Assembly: GCA_009773045.1 (NCBI GenBank)
Contig: WOUV01000001.1
Location: forward strand, 1-57,412
Direction: 5' to 3'
DNA length: 57,412 nucleotides
From: Rhodospirillaceae bacterium
Lineage (GTDB): Bacteria; Pseudomonadota; Alphaproteobacteria; Rhodospirillales; Rhodospirillaceae
Positions 9,863 to 19,236 of the stretch are shown in pieces. A program made the translations under genes and the position numbers. How positions within the stretch are numbered: the first letter of the stretch is position 1; each line of letters begins with the position of its first letter. The notes under the pieces are model-generated. The model did no database searches and was not told where the DNA came from. It saw only the letters and a program-made list of their open reading frames with translations.

Positions 9863-10924
9863 TCAACCAATAAGACGGCCGATCATCTTGGCCGTGTAAT
9901 CCACCATCGGAATGATACGAGCATAATCAATGCGAGTCGGGCCGATGACGCCGATGGCACCGATGATCTGCTCTCGTCGGTTCCGATACGGCGCGACGAT
10001 CATGGCGCATCCGGACATGAGAAACAATTCGTTCTCGGCGCCGATGAAGATTTGCACCCCTTCGGCCCGGTGTGCCCGTTCCAGGAGTCGCAAAACCTTC
10101 TCCCCGTTTTCCAGGCTTTCGAACAAGGCCCGGATACGTTCCAAATCATTGAGCGCGGTGACATCTTCCAATAAATGGGACTGTCCACGGATGATCAGAA
10201 CGCCGCCGATGATTCCACCATTCCAGATGGCAAGCCCAGCCTCCACCACCTTGCGGGTGAGTTCATCGAGCTGGTTGCGCTTGTTTTCAATCTCGGCAAG
10301 AATGGTCTCGCGGGATTCTTCAAGTGTCAGTCCCGGGAGACGGGCATTGAGGAAGTTGGCAGCCTCCATCAGCGCGGTGACCGATACGGTGTCTGGGACG
10401 TCGATGATCCGGTTTTCGACAAGCCCCTTGTCGTTGACGAGAATCACCAACGCCCGGCCCGGTCCCAGGTTGATGAACTCGATATGCTTGAGCGGACTTT
10501 CCAGCTTGGGCGCCATGACAAGGCCGGCGCAGTGGGACAGCCCGGAAAGGGTAGCGGTCGCCTTTCCAAGCATTTCCTCGATACTGCGGCCGGCCGCCCG
10601 GCATTGAGCATCGATGCGCCGCCGTTCCTCGTCGGCAAGATCCCCCACTTCAAGGAGTCCATCCACAAACAGCCGCAAGCCCGCTTCCGTGGGCAGCCGT
10701 CCGGCCGAGGTGTGGGGCGCACGCAAAAGACCCGCCGCCTCCAGGTCAGCCATCACGTCGCGGATCGTGGCCGGAGAGAGATCCATGCCAAGCTGCCGCG
10801 CCAACGTGCGCGAACCAATGGGGTCGCCCGTGCGGACATAGGCATCGACAATGCGGCGGAAAATTTCGCGCGATCGTTCGCTGAGCTGGGCGACCGTTGT
10901 GGTACGCAAACCTGGCACCCTCAT
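9863..10924 (-). CDS. hrcA: heat-inducible transcription repressor HrcA
   Basis: N-terminal winged-helix (IGSRTLARQLGMDLSPATIRDVMADLEAAGLL) and HrcA C-terminal domain (GAIGVIGPTRIDYARIIPMVDY). Classic hrcA-grpE arrangement. Confidence 0.9.
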   Translation of the reverse strand: MRVPGLRTTTVAQLSERSREIFRRIVDAYVRTGDPIGSRTLARQLGMDLSPATIRDVMADLEAAGLLRAPHTSAGRLPTEAGLRLFVDGLLEVGDLADEERRRIDAQCRAAGRSIEEMLGKATATLSGLSHCAGLVMAPKLESPLKHIEFINLGPGRALVILVNDKGLVENRIIDVPDTVSVTALMEAANFLNARLPGLTLEESRETILAEIENKRNQLDELTRKVVEAGLAIWNGGIIGGVLIIRGQSHLLEDVTALNDLERIRALFESLENGEKVLRLLERAHRAEGVQIFIGAENELFLMSGCAMIVAPYRNRREQIIGAIGVIGPTRIDYARIIPMVDYTAKMIGRLIG

Positions 10925-10952
10925 TCTCTAACATATTCCAACAGCAGAAGAC

Positions 10953-10981
10953 AGTCTAGTGTGTGCGCCGCCTTGCGTCAA
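10953..10981 (-). promoter_or_regulatory. possible sigma70-type promoter of hrcA-grpE
   Basis: On the minus strand: TTGACG (10981-10976), 17 nt, then TAGACT (10958-10953), about 30 nt upstream of the hrcA ATG. This is a pattern match only. Confidence 0.2.
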
Positions 10982-11157
10982 TGGGAGCCGGGAGGATCGT
11001 CAGCCTCCTTACAAAAACACTGCACTTCCCTTTGTGGGGGAAGGTTCTTTCAGAAAGGAAGACTCCCGGGCCGTTGTCAGAAGGCTTTCATAAAAATTTT
11101 TGCAACAGCGAAACGCCATTTGACAATTCTCCTGCATTGCGGTTATAGCCGTCAGGC

Positions 11158-12627
11158 ATGAAGCGCATATTCCTGGGGAAAGGAACACCTATGCACTTTC
11201 GGCACGGTAAAACAAAGGACCGCACGAATCGCATCACTGGCCCCATGAACGGCTTCAATCGAACCCTTTTCCGGGTTTTATTGAGTTTGGCCGCAAGTGT
11301 CGGGGGAAGTCTGAGCGGTGGGACCCCGGCAAAAGCCTTCACCCCCCTTGCCAGTGACGCATCGATTCAACGCCCTGGCCAACGTTCTGGAGGCGTTCCC
11401 TTGCCGCCTCGCCGTCCGGCCCTCCGTTCCCCCTCTTCCCCAATCCCACCGGAAACGGCCCATTTCTCCCGGAAGGTCCCCCTGCCGCCCGTGCCCCCCC
11501 GTTCCCCGCAGAGCACAAGAATCTGCGATTCCCTCACCAGCCGGGCAGAAGGTGTGTTTCTGGCCTATGAACAGATGATCCTGGACAAGGGGGACACCGT
11601 CATTGGCGTTTTGCGGCAACACGGCGTATCGATCAACGACGCCAACGCCTTTGCCCTGGCGCTGGCCGGCGCCATGGATGCCCGCCGGGTCCGCCCCGGT
11701 GATGCCCTGACGGTTCTGCGTGGGGCGGACCAAGGGGGAAAGCGGGAGATGGCCACGTTATCGCTGCGCATTCCCAATGGTCCCCGGCTGGCCTTTCGGC
11801 GCGATCCCGATGGACGGTTCGTGCGCACGCCCCACGAGCGGGAAAAGAAATTGCACCGCCGTGTCCTGTCCATGGATAAAGGACCGCGCCGTTCCCTCAC
11901 GGGCGGCGGACTGCCTGTTTCGGTTGCGCATGAGGTGATGACCGTCGCGGCAACCGATCCCGCTTTTCCCGCAAAACCAAGCCGTCAGGCCACCTTGACG
12001 GTCGTTTACGAAAGTCCGGAACGGGGCGAGCCGGTCCTGCGATTTGCCGCCCTCCACGACAAGGGGCGTGAACATCGCTCGTACCGCTTTCCTTTGAGCG
12101 AAGCCAAGGTCGCCTATCTGAACGAGAAAGGACAGGGTGTGGCCGTGGTCGAGCTGTCCACCCCCATCGATCATGCCGTCGAAATCAGTTCGGGCTGGGG
12201 CTGGCGCACCCATCCCGTTCTGGGCGACAAGCGGTTCCATCGCGGCGTGGATTACCGCGCCCCGCGCGGCACGCGCACACTCGCCGCCGCCGATGGCGTG
12301 ATCGAGGACATCGGGCGACGCGGCACTTACGGCCTTTATCTCCGTATCCGCCACACCGATGTTTTGTCCACCGCCTATGCCCACCTCGACGGCTACGCGC
12401 CCCATCTGATGAAAGGCGAGAGGGTCAAAAAGGGACAACTGATCGGTTATGTCGGAACCACCGGGCTTGCCACGGGGCCGCATCTTTATTACGAGGTTCT
12501 GGTGGACAACCGACAGGTCAATCCCCTTGATAAAAGTGATCACGTGGTGCCGGTGCGCCTGACAGATCAGGAGCTGACCCGCTTCAAACACTATGTCAAG
12601 GATACGGCGCAGGTCATCGCGAATTAA
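11158..12627 (+). CDS. M23/LytM-family peptidase-domain protein (possibly degenerate active site)
   Basis: C-terminal M23 domain with HRGVDYRAP (HxxxD) and GTTGLATGPHLYYEV, where the usual HxH reads H-L-Y. Pro-rich N-terminal linker after a signal/anchor segment. The start may be the ATG at 11191. Confidence 0.8.
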   Translation: MKRIFLGKGTPMHFRHGKTKDRTNRITGPMNGFNRTLFRVLLSLAASVGGSLSGGTPAKAFTPLASDASIQRPGQRSGGVPLPPRRPALRSPSSPIPPETAHFSRKVPLPPVPPRSPQSTRICDSLTSRAEGVFLAYEQMILDKGDTVIGVLRQHGVSINDANAFALALAGAMDARRVRPGDALTVLRGADQGGKREMATLSLRIPNGPRLAFRRDPDGRFVRTPHEREKKLHRRVLSMDKGPRRSLTGGGLPVSVAHEVMTVAATDPAFPAKPSRQATLTVVYESPERGEPVLRFAALHDKGREHRSYRFPLSEAKVAYLNEKGQGVAVVELSTPIDHAVEISSGWGWRTHPVLGDKRFHRGVDYRAPRGTRTLAAADGVIEDIGRRGTYGLYLRIRHTDVLSTAYAHLDGYAPHLMKGERVKKGQLIGYVGTTGLATGPHLYYEVLVDNRQVNPLDKSDHVVPVRLTDQELTRFKHYVKDTAQVIAN

Positions 12628-12642
12628 CCTTCTGATCCCGTC

Positions 12643-12763
12643 GAGCCTTGATCGTCAGGACTTTTCCCCTCACGCGCCGACCTCCCGCGCGGCCTTTGGT
12701 GCATCCACCATTCGGCGCGTCCTTCCCGTTGCCTTAAGCGTCAGTTTTGACTGACGCTTAAGG
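12643..12763 (+). repeat. intergenic repeat family 2, copy A
   Basis: Begins gagccttgatcgt, then cccctcacgcgccg. Ends in a perfect 14-bp hairpin, ccttaagcgtcagt tttg actgacgcttaagg (12732-12763). Shares both ends and the internal block with copy B (15205-15324) in opposite orientation. Confidence 0.55.
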
Positions 12764-12778
12764 AAGAGGCAGGGACAC

Positions 12779-13666
12779 TCACCAGATAAACGCTGATAGA
12801 ACCGCCCGGCACCGTAAATGGTGACGGGCGAGAAGAGCGGCGATGCGTGCCGGGTCGGCCGGTTCGTTGTAACCGGTTCCCAACTCGGCCCCATGGACAC
12901 CGCAGGTCACGAACACCGCATCAAGGCCAGCGGCGCTGGCCCCGGCGATATCGGTTTCCAGCGCATCCCCCACCGCCAGCACCCGCTTGCGGTCCGGCCC
13001 GCCCAGCCGTTCCAGGCACAAATCATAAATGGCCGGATCAGGCTTGCCGCGAGAGCTGACCCGTCCTCCCAAAGCCTCGTACCGGGCGGCCAGGGCGCCG
13101 GCGCACATCACCCGCCGTCCTTCACGAATGACCACGTGATCGGGATTGGCGCACACCATGGGCAGGTCCCGGTGTCGGCAACGGAGCAGCCGCATTTCAT
13201 AATCGGCCACGGTTTCGTGAAATTCCCAGGGGCCGGTGTTGACAACGAACGTGGCCTCTTCGGGGCTGGCCACCAGGGCCACATCAAGCCCTTCAAACAC
13301 GCTACGGTCACGCTCCGGCCCCAGATGCCAGCAACGCTGTCCTAGGTCCGCGTAAAAGGGATCGCCGCGACTGCGCATCGCGACATTGATCGCCTCTCCC
13401 GACGACAGGATGTCATCATAAAGGAAGCGGGAGAGGCCCATGCGCTGCATGCCGTCGATCAGATTACGGGTACGCCGGGGGGCGTTGGATAACAGAATCG
13501 TCCGCTTGCCGGCTTCCTTCAACCGCTTGAGTGTTGCGGCGGCATGTGGATAGGCCACGGCGCCATCATGGATCACCCCCCACAGGTCAAGAATGAACGC
13601 ATCATAGTGTTCAGCCACGACGGACAGGCCGGGAATGGCAACGACATCAAAACCAGGACCGACCAT
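12779..13666 (-). CDS. HAD-superfamily subfamily IIA hydrolase
   Basis: HAD motif I FILDLWGVIHDG, LLSNAPR, and C-terminal GKPDP and AVGDALETDI motifs. Confidence 0.7.
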   Translation of the reverse strand: MVGPGFDVVAIPGLSVVAEHYDAFILDLWGVIHDGAVAYPHAAATLKRLKEAGKRTILLSNAPRRTRNLIDGMQRMGLSRFLYDDILSSGEAINVAMRSRGDPFYADLGQRCWHLGPERDRSVFEGLDVALVASPEEATFVVNTGPWEFHETVADYEMRLLRCRHRDLPMVCANPDHVVIREGRRVMCAGALAARYEALGGRVSSRGKPDPAIYDLCLERLGGPDRKRVLAVGDALETDIAGASAAGLDAVFVTCGVHGAELGTGYNEPADPARIAALLARHHLRCRAVLSAFIW

Positions 13667-13739
13667 GACCGAACACGCTCAAAACTGTGAAGGTCCGGCA
13701 AAGTAGCGTGGGGACACGGGCAAGGGGAAGAGCAAACCG

Positions 13740-14828
13740 TCACCCCTGTTGTTTGACCCCGGTCCCCACCGCATCGGCCAGCGTACGGTATCCCTCGTTC
13801 CGCAAAAGCGCCGCGAGTTCCCTTTTGATTCGTTCCACCACGCCGGGGCCTTCGTAAATCAGGGCGGTGTAAATCTGCACGAGCGAGGCGCCTGCCGTGA
13901 TTTTCGCCAGAGCCTCCGCCCCCGACCCCACTCCTCCGACTCCGATCAGGGGCAACCGCCCTTCGGTCAGCCGGTAGAGTTCCGTCAACACCGCGGTCGA
14001 TGCCCGAAACAATGGCCGGCCGGACAGGCCGCCCGCCTCGCGGCGCGCCGGATCGCGCAAGGAGGACGGGCGGTCGATGGTCGTGTTGGTGGCAATCATG
14101 CCATCAACCCCACCGGCAAGGGTAACCGCGGCAATGTCGGCCAGCTCCCCGCCCGTCAGATCGGGGGCGATCTTCACCAGCAGCGGCGGCTTCAGGGTCT
14201 CCCCCGCCGTTGCCTGGTCCAGGGATTCCCGCACCCGCGCAACCAGTTCCGCCAGGGCGTCACGCCCCTGCAAGGCGCGCAGGCCCGGCGTATTGGGAGA
14301 GGAAACGTTGATCACGAGGTAATCGGCCCGTGGGGCAAGAACACGCACGCCCTGCACGTAATCGGCCACGGCGTCCGGACTGTCCCGGTTACAGCCCACG
14401 TTGGCCCCGATCCATCCCGGGCGCGTCACAAGGCGGGAGGCGATGGCCTCCAGGCCCTCATTGTTAAAGCCCATGCGGTTGATGAGCGCCTTATCCATGG
14501 GAAGACGGAACAGACGCGGACGGGGGGTGCCGTGTTGTGGACGGGGGGTGACTGTGCCCACTTCGACAAAACCGAACCCAAGTCCCAGCAAAGCCCCAGG
14601 CGCCGTGGCGTTCTTGTCGAAACCGGCCGCAAGGCCAATGGGATTCGGAAAATCGCGTTTCCACAGCCGCACGGCAAGAATCGGATCGTCCCGCTTCGCG
14701 GCACACAACAGACCCGTCCGTTCCGCGCCCCGCAACAGCATGAAACCAAGGGCATGGGCCGTTTCCGGCGACAGCCGCCGCAACAGGGAACTCCCCCACC
14801 GCCCGCCGTACTCCCAAACCCTTGTCAC
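13740..14828 (-). CDS. pyrD: dihydroorotate dehydrogenase (quinone), class 2
   Basis: NPIGLAAGFDKN, VEVGTVTPRPQHGTPRPRLFRL and IGVGGVGSGAEA. I prefer the in-frame GTG at 14828, which gives a GTGA start/stop overlap with the upstream DUF952 gene. The ORF-track start at 14957 would overlap that gene by 133 nt. Confidence 0.9.
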   Translation of the reverse strand: MTRVWEYGGRWGSSLLRRLSPETAHALGFMLLRGAERTGLLCAAKRDDPILAVRLWKRDFPNPIGLAAGFDKNATAPGALLGLGFGFVEVGTVTPRPQHGTPRPRLFRLPMDKALINRMGFNNEGLEAIASRLVTRPGWIGANVGCNRDSPDAVADYVQGVRVLAPRADYLVINVSSPNTPGLRALQGRDALAELVARVRESLDQATAGETLKPPLLVKIAPDLTGGELADIAAVTLAGGVDGMIATNTTIDRPSSLRDPARREAGGLSGRPLFRASTAVLTELYRLTEGRLPLIGVGGVGSGAEALAKITAGASLVQIYTALIYEGPGVVERIKRELAALLRNEGYRTLADAVGTGVKQQG

Positions 14829-15178
14829 CGGTGCTGTCCGCCACTGCGCAGGAAGGGCAGATTCGGATAGCCCGCCGCATCCAGGGACACACCTTCCACC
14901 GCCAGCACCGCCATGACCGGCAGGGGACCGTACAAATGAGGAAAAGCGTTTTCCCATTTAAGGGATGCCCCCAATTGCGCGGCATCAACGGTCAGCAGCA
15001 GCAGATCCGTCACATTCCTGAAGAACTTGTGCGCGCTTTCCTCCACCTGTTCGACGGTGGAAAGGTGGATGAACCCCTCGAGCCGCGCCGCTGGCGGCAG
15101 ATAATGGCCCATGCGGACGGTGGTGGTCCAGTCGGCGGCGGAGCAAAGATGATAGAGTAGTATCATCGTCATGACCAA
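14825..15178 (-). CDS. DUF952-family protein
   Basis: 117-aa ORF resembling DUF952 (ILLYHLCSAADW, GFIHLSTVEQV, FPHLYGPLP). Its stop overlaps the pyrD GTG. Confidence 0.6.
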   Translation of the reverse strand: MVMTMILLYHLCSAADWTTTVRMGHYLPPAARLEGFIHLSTVEQVEESAHKFFRNVTDLLLLTVDAAQLGASLKWENAFPHLYGPLPVMAVLAVEGVSLDAAGYPNLPFLRSGGQHR

Positions 15179-15204
15179 TCCTTTGAACGCGAAACGTTGT
15201 CCCC

Positions 15205-15324
15205 CTGAACGTCAGTCTTTGACCGACGCTCACGGGCTACCGCGGCGCGCCCTCAGGCGCGAAAGCCACGGGCCACGGACGCCCGGCGTCTGAGGGGAGC
15301 CTTGATCGGTCACGATCAAGGCTC
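15205..15324 (-). repeat. intergenic repeat family 2, copy B (inverted relative to copy A)
   Basis: The reverse complement starts gagccttgatcgt, here part of a perfect 11-bp hairpin (gagccttgatc ggtcac gatcaaggctc, 15297-15324). It contains cccctcagacgccg and ends in the degenerate hairpin gaacgtcagt cttt gaccgacgctc (15207-15231). Confidence 0.5.
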
Positions 15325-15447
15325 AAAGGGATTATTCGGACCGAAAGAATTTCCTTTTCGCAACCGTCTTGCCAAAGAAGCGACCTTGCGGAGGAAGCGA
15401 TCATTCCTTACACTCTTTCGCATGCACGAGACAAGGGGAGGCCTTGA

Positions 15448-16110
15448 GTGAAAAAATTACAGCGTCTTTTGGCGCAGGGGGGAATCGCCGTTGCGCTTTT
15501 GGCGGGGGGAGAAGCCCTTGCCGGGGAGGCCGGGGAGAATGTTTCCGGTAAAAACCCCCTGCCCACTGTCACCGTGTCCGCGGCGCATCTTCTGGAAGAT
15601 CGCTTCCTGGGAAAAGCCGACGCGCCTCTCACGGTGATCGACTACTCTTCACTCACCTGTCCCCATTGTGCTGACTTTCATACCCAGATCCTGCCAAAAC
15701 TCAAAGCCCATTACATCGACACCGGCACGGTCAGGTTCATCTATCGCGACTTTCCCCTCGAACCCATAGCGACCGCGGCAGCCATGCTGGCCCGGTGCGC
15801 TCCACCCGAGATGTATTTCCGTTTTCTCGACGCCCTGTTTGGCAGTCAGAAAACGTGGTCCAAGGCGCAAAAGCCCCGGGAGGCGCTCGTCACCCTGGCC
15901 CGGCTGGGCGGCATGACCGAAACGGATGTCGCGCAGTGCCTGGACAATCAGGCGTTATTGAACGGTTTGACCGCCATGAAAAACGAGGCCGTGCAACAGC
16001 ATGGGATCAAGGCAACACTAAGCCTTGTCATTGGTGGACGGACCCATGTCGGGGTGGGATCTTACGATGCCCTTGTCACCTTGATTGAGAACGCATTGCC
16101 AAAGCAGTGA
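15448..16110 (+). CDS. DsbA-family periplasmic thiol:disulfide oxidoreductase
   Basis: GTG start preceded by AAGGGGAGG. Has a signal peptide, the CPHC active site (SSLTCPHCADFH) and a DsbA-like helical insert. Confidence 0.75.
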   Translation: MKKLQRLLAQGGIAVALLAGGEALAGEAGENVSGKNPLPTVTVSAAHLLEDRFLGKADAPLTVIDYSSLTCPHCADFHTQILPKLKAHYIDTGTVRFIYRDFPLEPIATAAAMLARCAPPEMYFRFLDALFGSQKTWSKAQKPREALVTLARLGGMTETDVAQCLDNQALLNGLTAMKNEAVQQHGIKATLSLVIGGRTHVGVGSYDALVTLIENALPKQ

Positions 16111-16352
16111 TTCCTTTGAGGGTTACTCTTTGATGGTGGGGGGGGCACTCCCCCTTCCACAGCGCGGCGTGTTCTTGTCCGTTGAAATCCGCAGGAAGCA
16201 CTGCCCTGTTCACCGGTCTGGTTGGGCGTGCCGCCTGACGTGGAGTCTGGTCGAACAGGTGCGCGAATCGGCCTGATACAGATTCGTGAGAACGACCGGA
16301 CGCGGGAGAGGGCACGCCCCCTCCCTGTCCTGTCCACTGCCGTGCAAGAAAA

Positions 16353-17654
16353 TCACTTCCAGCTATCGGCGATAATGTTATCGAACCAACTGTGAGCGTA
16401 TGAAACCTCGCGTTTCAGCATGACCGGCGAGGCATCACTGGCCGTCACTTCCGCCTTGCCGACGATTTCCTTTTTCTCCTCGTCGAAACGATACACCGCC
16501 GCGACCGAGAACCCATAATCGTGCCCGGCGATGCTGTAGCAGGTATTCACATAAGAGGGCGTGCCCGGTTCCTTGCCGGCCAAGGCGGCCACCACGGCGG
16601 CGGCCGTCACCTTGGCCTGGGAGTTTGCGGCATAGGCCGACTTTGGCATGACACCGGCAACGCACGCATCCCCGATGACATAAACCCCTGCCTGCAAGGT
16701 GGATTCAAAGGTTTTCTGGTTGACCGGACACCAGCCCTTATCGTTGACAAGGCCGGCGGCGGTGGCGATGCTCCCCGCCTTCTGGGGCGGAATGACGTTC
16801 AGGACATCGGCCTTGAAATCCTCCGTCTGGGCCTGGATCGTCAAGGCCTTGGGGTCGATCTTGTCCACCTTGCCGCCTTCAGCGCCGGGGACCCATTTGA
16901 TCATGGACTCCGGCGTGCCATAGCCATACATCCGGGTCCATGCTTGGATGAACAGTCCCTTTTTGGCAAAATCGTCCTTCGGGTCAAGAATGATGATTTT
17001 TGACTTGGTCTTGCCGTGGGTCTTGAAATAATGCGCAAGCAGGGAGGCTCGCTCATATGGCCCCGGCGGGCAGCGGAAGGGATTGGGGGGCGCAACGATC
17101 ACCACCGTTCCGCCATCCTTCATGCTTTCGATCTGCTTTTTCAAAAGAAGCGTTTGCGGGCCGGCCTTCCAGGCATGGGGAATGGTTTCGCTTGCGGCTT
17201 CGTCATAGCCTTCGATGGCGCCCCATTTGAAGTCGACGCCGGGTGAAACGATGCAACGGTCATAGGCGTAGGTCTTACCCCCTTTGGTCGCAACCGTTTT
17301 TCCCACCGGGTCGATGCCGGTCACGGTGTCGATGACAACAGTGATTCCGTGCTTTTTCAGGTCGTCGAAACCGATGGTGAGGGAGTCCATTGTGCGCTCG
17401 CCTATGACGGCTTCGTTCGACAGGAAACAGCTCACATACTTTTCGCTGGCCTCGATCACGGTCACATCAAGGTTCGGATCGGCCATTTTCAGGTATTTGG
17501 CAGCCGTGGCGCCGCCCGGGCCTCCTCCGACGACCACCACCTTCTGGCCCGCCGCCGCGGCGCCGCGGGCGATGAACGGCATGCCGACCACCGGGGCCAC
17601 TGCTGCCGTTGCGACCGTGAATTTAAGGAAGTTACGACGATTGACGGTAAACAT
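16353..17654 (-). CDS. fccB: flavocytochrome c sulfide dehydrogenase, flavoprotein subunit
   Basis: Tat signal (RRNFLKF), FAD dinucleotide fold VVVVGGGPGGATAAKYL, and full-length resemblance to FccB/SoxF. Lies directly downstream of a dihaem cytochrome gene. Confidence 0.85.
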   Translation of the reverse strand: MFTVNRRNFLKFTVATAAVAPVVGMPFIARGAAAAGQKVVVVGGGPGGATAAKYLKMADPNLDVTVIEASEKYVSCFLSNEAVIGERTMDSLTIGFDDLKKHGITVVIDTVTGIDPVGKTVATKGGKTYAYDRCIVSPGVDFKWGAIEGYDEAASETIPHAWKAGPQTLLLKKQIESMKDGGTVVIVAPPNPFRCPPGPYERASLLAHYFKTHGKTKSKIIILDPKDDFAKKGLFIQAWTRMYGYGTPESMIKWVPGAEGGKVDKIDPKALTIQAQTEDFKADVLNVIPPQKAGSIATAAGLVNDKGWCPVNQKTFESTLQAGVYVIGDACVAGVMPKSAYAANSQAKVTAAAVVAALAGKEPGTPSYVNTCYSIAGHDYGFSVAAVYRFDEEKKEIVGKAEVTASDASPVMLKREVSYAHSWFDNIIADSWK

Positions 17655-17669
17655 GGGTGCATCCCCCCC

Positions 17670-18257
17670 TTACTTCTTGCTGCCATAGAAGTGAACAAGC
17701 GCCTCGATGCCAGTATCTTTATGCTCATTCACCACTGCATCGACCTTGGATTTCATTTTCTTGTCAGTCGGTCGTGTTCCGGAAGCATAGTCATCAAGGG
17801 TCGCGTGCAAATAGAGCATCCACTGGCCCGCCAGTATGCCGGCCCCCTCACCGCTGCTGCCGCCGTTCTCGTGGCACTTCTCACACTGCTGATTGTGCAG
17901 GGTTTCCCCCAGCTTGGCCTTGGCAGGGTCCGTCTTTTGGTTGGCGGGAACGAATTTCTGTTTGGCGAAGAACGCTCCCATCGCCGTGATTTCATCGTCG
18001 CTGTAAGGTTTGGCGAGACGAACCATCACCGTGGACGCCCATTCGCCTTTCTTGTAGCCCTGCATGGCGGACGTGAAATAGTCGGCATCGATTCCGGCAA
18101 GGGTTGGAATCGAAGGACCGACGCTGACGCCGTTCGTTCCGTGACAGCCGGCGCACGCATTGGCCAACATTTCCGGCGTGGTGGGATCGGCGGCGAAGCT
18201 GTTGCCGGCGACCACCAATCCCCCCAACAGTACCAAGAAACCTATTTTGTTTCTCAT
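17670..18257 (-). CDS. fccA: flavocytochrome c sulfide dehydrogenase, dihaem cytochrome c subunit
   Basis: Two CxxCH (CAGCH, CEKCH). The signal peptide MRNKIGFLVLLGGLVVAGNSFA starts from the internal ATG at 18257, which is preceded by GGGAAG. The gene ends 16 nt upstream of fccB. Confidence 0.75.
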   Translation of the reverse strand: MRNKIGFLVLLGGLVVAGNSFAADPTTPEMLANACAGCHGTNGVSVGPSIPTLAGIDADYFTSAMQGYKKGEWASTVMVRLAKPYSDDEITAMGAFFAKQKFVPANQKTDPAKAKLGETLHNQQCEKCHENGGSSGEGAGILAGQWMLYLHATLDDYASGTRPTDKKMKSKVDAVVNEHKDTGIEALVHFYGSKK

Positions 18258-18609
18258 GGTCTTCCCTCTGTCTTGAGTCAACAGAAATACAACCATCCCC
18301 CAACGATCATTGGGGAACGATTCGCAGAACCGTTCCCGCACCGTCTGCACAATGGCAAACACTCCCTTCTCACGACATGCGCTAATGACACGCGCCAACG
18401 CACGACCCAAAAGGGTACGCAGCAACATTCTCCTGCACTACACAATGGACAGTATCAATGAGTATGGTCTATACTTCAGGTATGGCGTATTGCTCTCGTC
18501 CATGTCCCCCTTGCCGTGCCACTTCCCCCCGTATCACCTCTTCCCGTCAAAGGCAAGACCTTGACGTGGAAGGGGTCGGAAAAAATACCAGAATCGTAAA
18601 AGTGCGGCC

Positions 18610-19236
18610 TCACTCCTCAACGCCTGAAGGCAACGTGTGGGCAATTCCCTGGTGGCAGTCTATACACGTTTTGCGTTCATCCCCTTTCTCTTTCATGATA
18701 CGCTGATGTTTCTTGGCGGCCGTTTTGTCCTGATCATCGAACTTCATGGCGTTGAAGTCATGGCACGAACGGCATTCACGGGAATCCGTCGCCTTCATTT
18801 TCGCCCATACGCCCTTGGCCATTTCAAGGCGGAGGGCCTCATATTTTTCCGGTGTATCGATGACCCCCGTGATGCGGCCCCAGACATCCTTGGCGGCAGC
18901 CAGCTTGGCCAAGTATTTCGGCAGACCGCCTTCCGGCACGTGGCAATCCGGACATTCGGCACGGACGCCAACACGGTTGAGATAATGTTTCGTCTTCTGT
19001 AACTCGTTGAGAGCGGTTCCCATTTCGTGGCATCTGGTACAAAAAGCCGTCGTGTTCGTGTTGGCCAGCGCCATATTGAACACGACGATGCCCCCCGCCC
19101 CCCCCACAAGACCGATGATGAGCACGACTCCCACGGCAAGTCGCGCACTGGGGCGCCACAACCACATCCAAAGCCGCCTGATGACGTTCAAGGTTATTCT
19201 CCCCCTAAAATCCATAGCATTTTTTGCATACACCAT
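18610..19236 (-). CDS. NapC/NirT/CymA-family membrane-anchored tetrahaem cytochrome c
   Basis: N-terminal TM helix (LAVGVVLIIGLVGGAGGIVVF) and four CxxCH (CTRCH, CPDCH, CRSCH, CIDCH) with family-typical spacing. Confidence 0.8.
   Translation of the reverse strand: MVYAKNAMDFRGRITLNVIRRLWMWLWRPSARLAVGVVLIIGLVGGAGGIVVFNMALANTNTTAFCTRCHEMGTALNELQKTKHYLNRVGVRAECPDCHVPEGGLPKYLAKLAAAKDVWGRITGVIDTPEKYEALRLEMAKGVWAKMKATDSRECRSCHDFNAMKFDDQDKTAAKKHQRIMKEKGDERKTCIDCHQGIAHTLPSGVEE

Noticed and set aside
10925-11157. A CIRCE operator (TTAGCACTC-N9-GAGTGCTAA) upstream of hrcA-grpE.
   Set aside because: No sequence resembling either half-site was found on either strand. Only a weak sigma70-like hexamer pair is present.
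13740-14957. The long (405-aa) version of pyrD from the ORF track.
   Set aside because: It would overlap the DUF952 gene by 133 nt and add a Gly/Arg-rich N-terminus unlike PyrD. The GTG at 14828 gives a normal length and a GTGA coupling junction.
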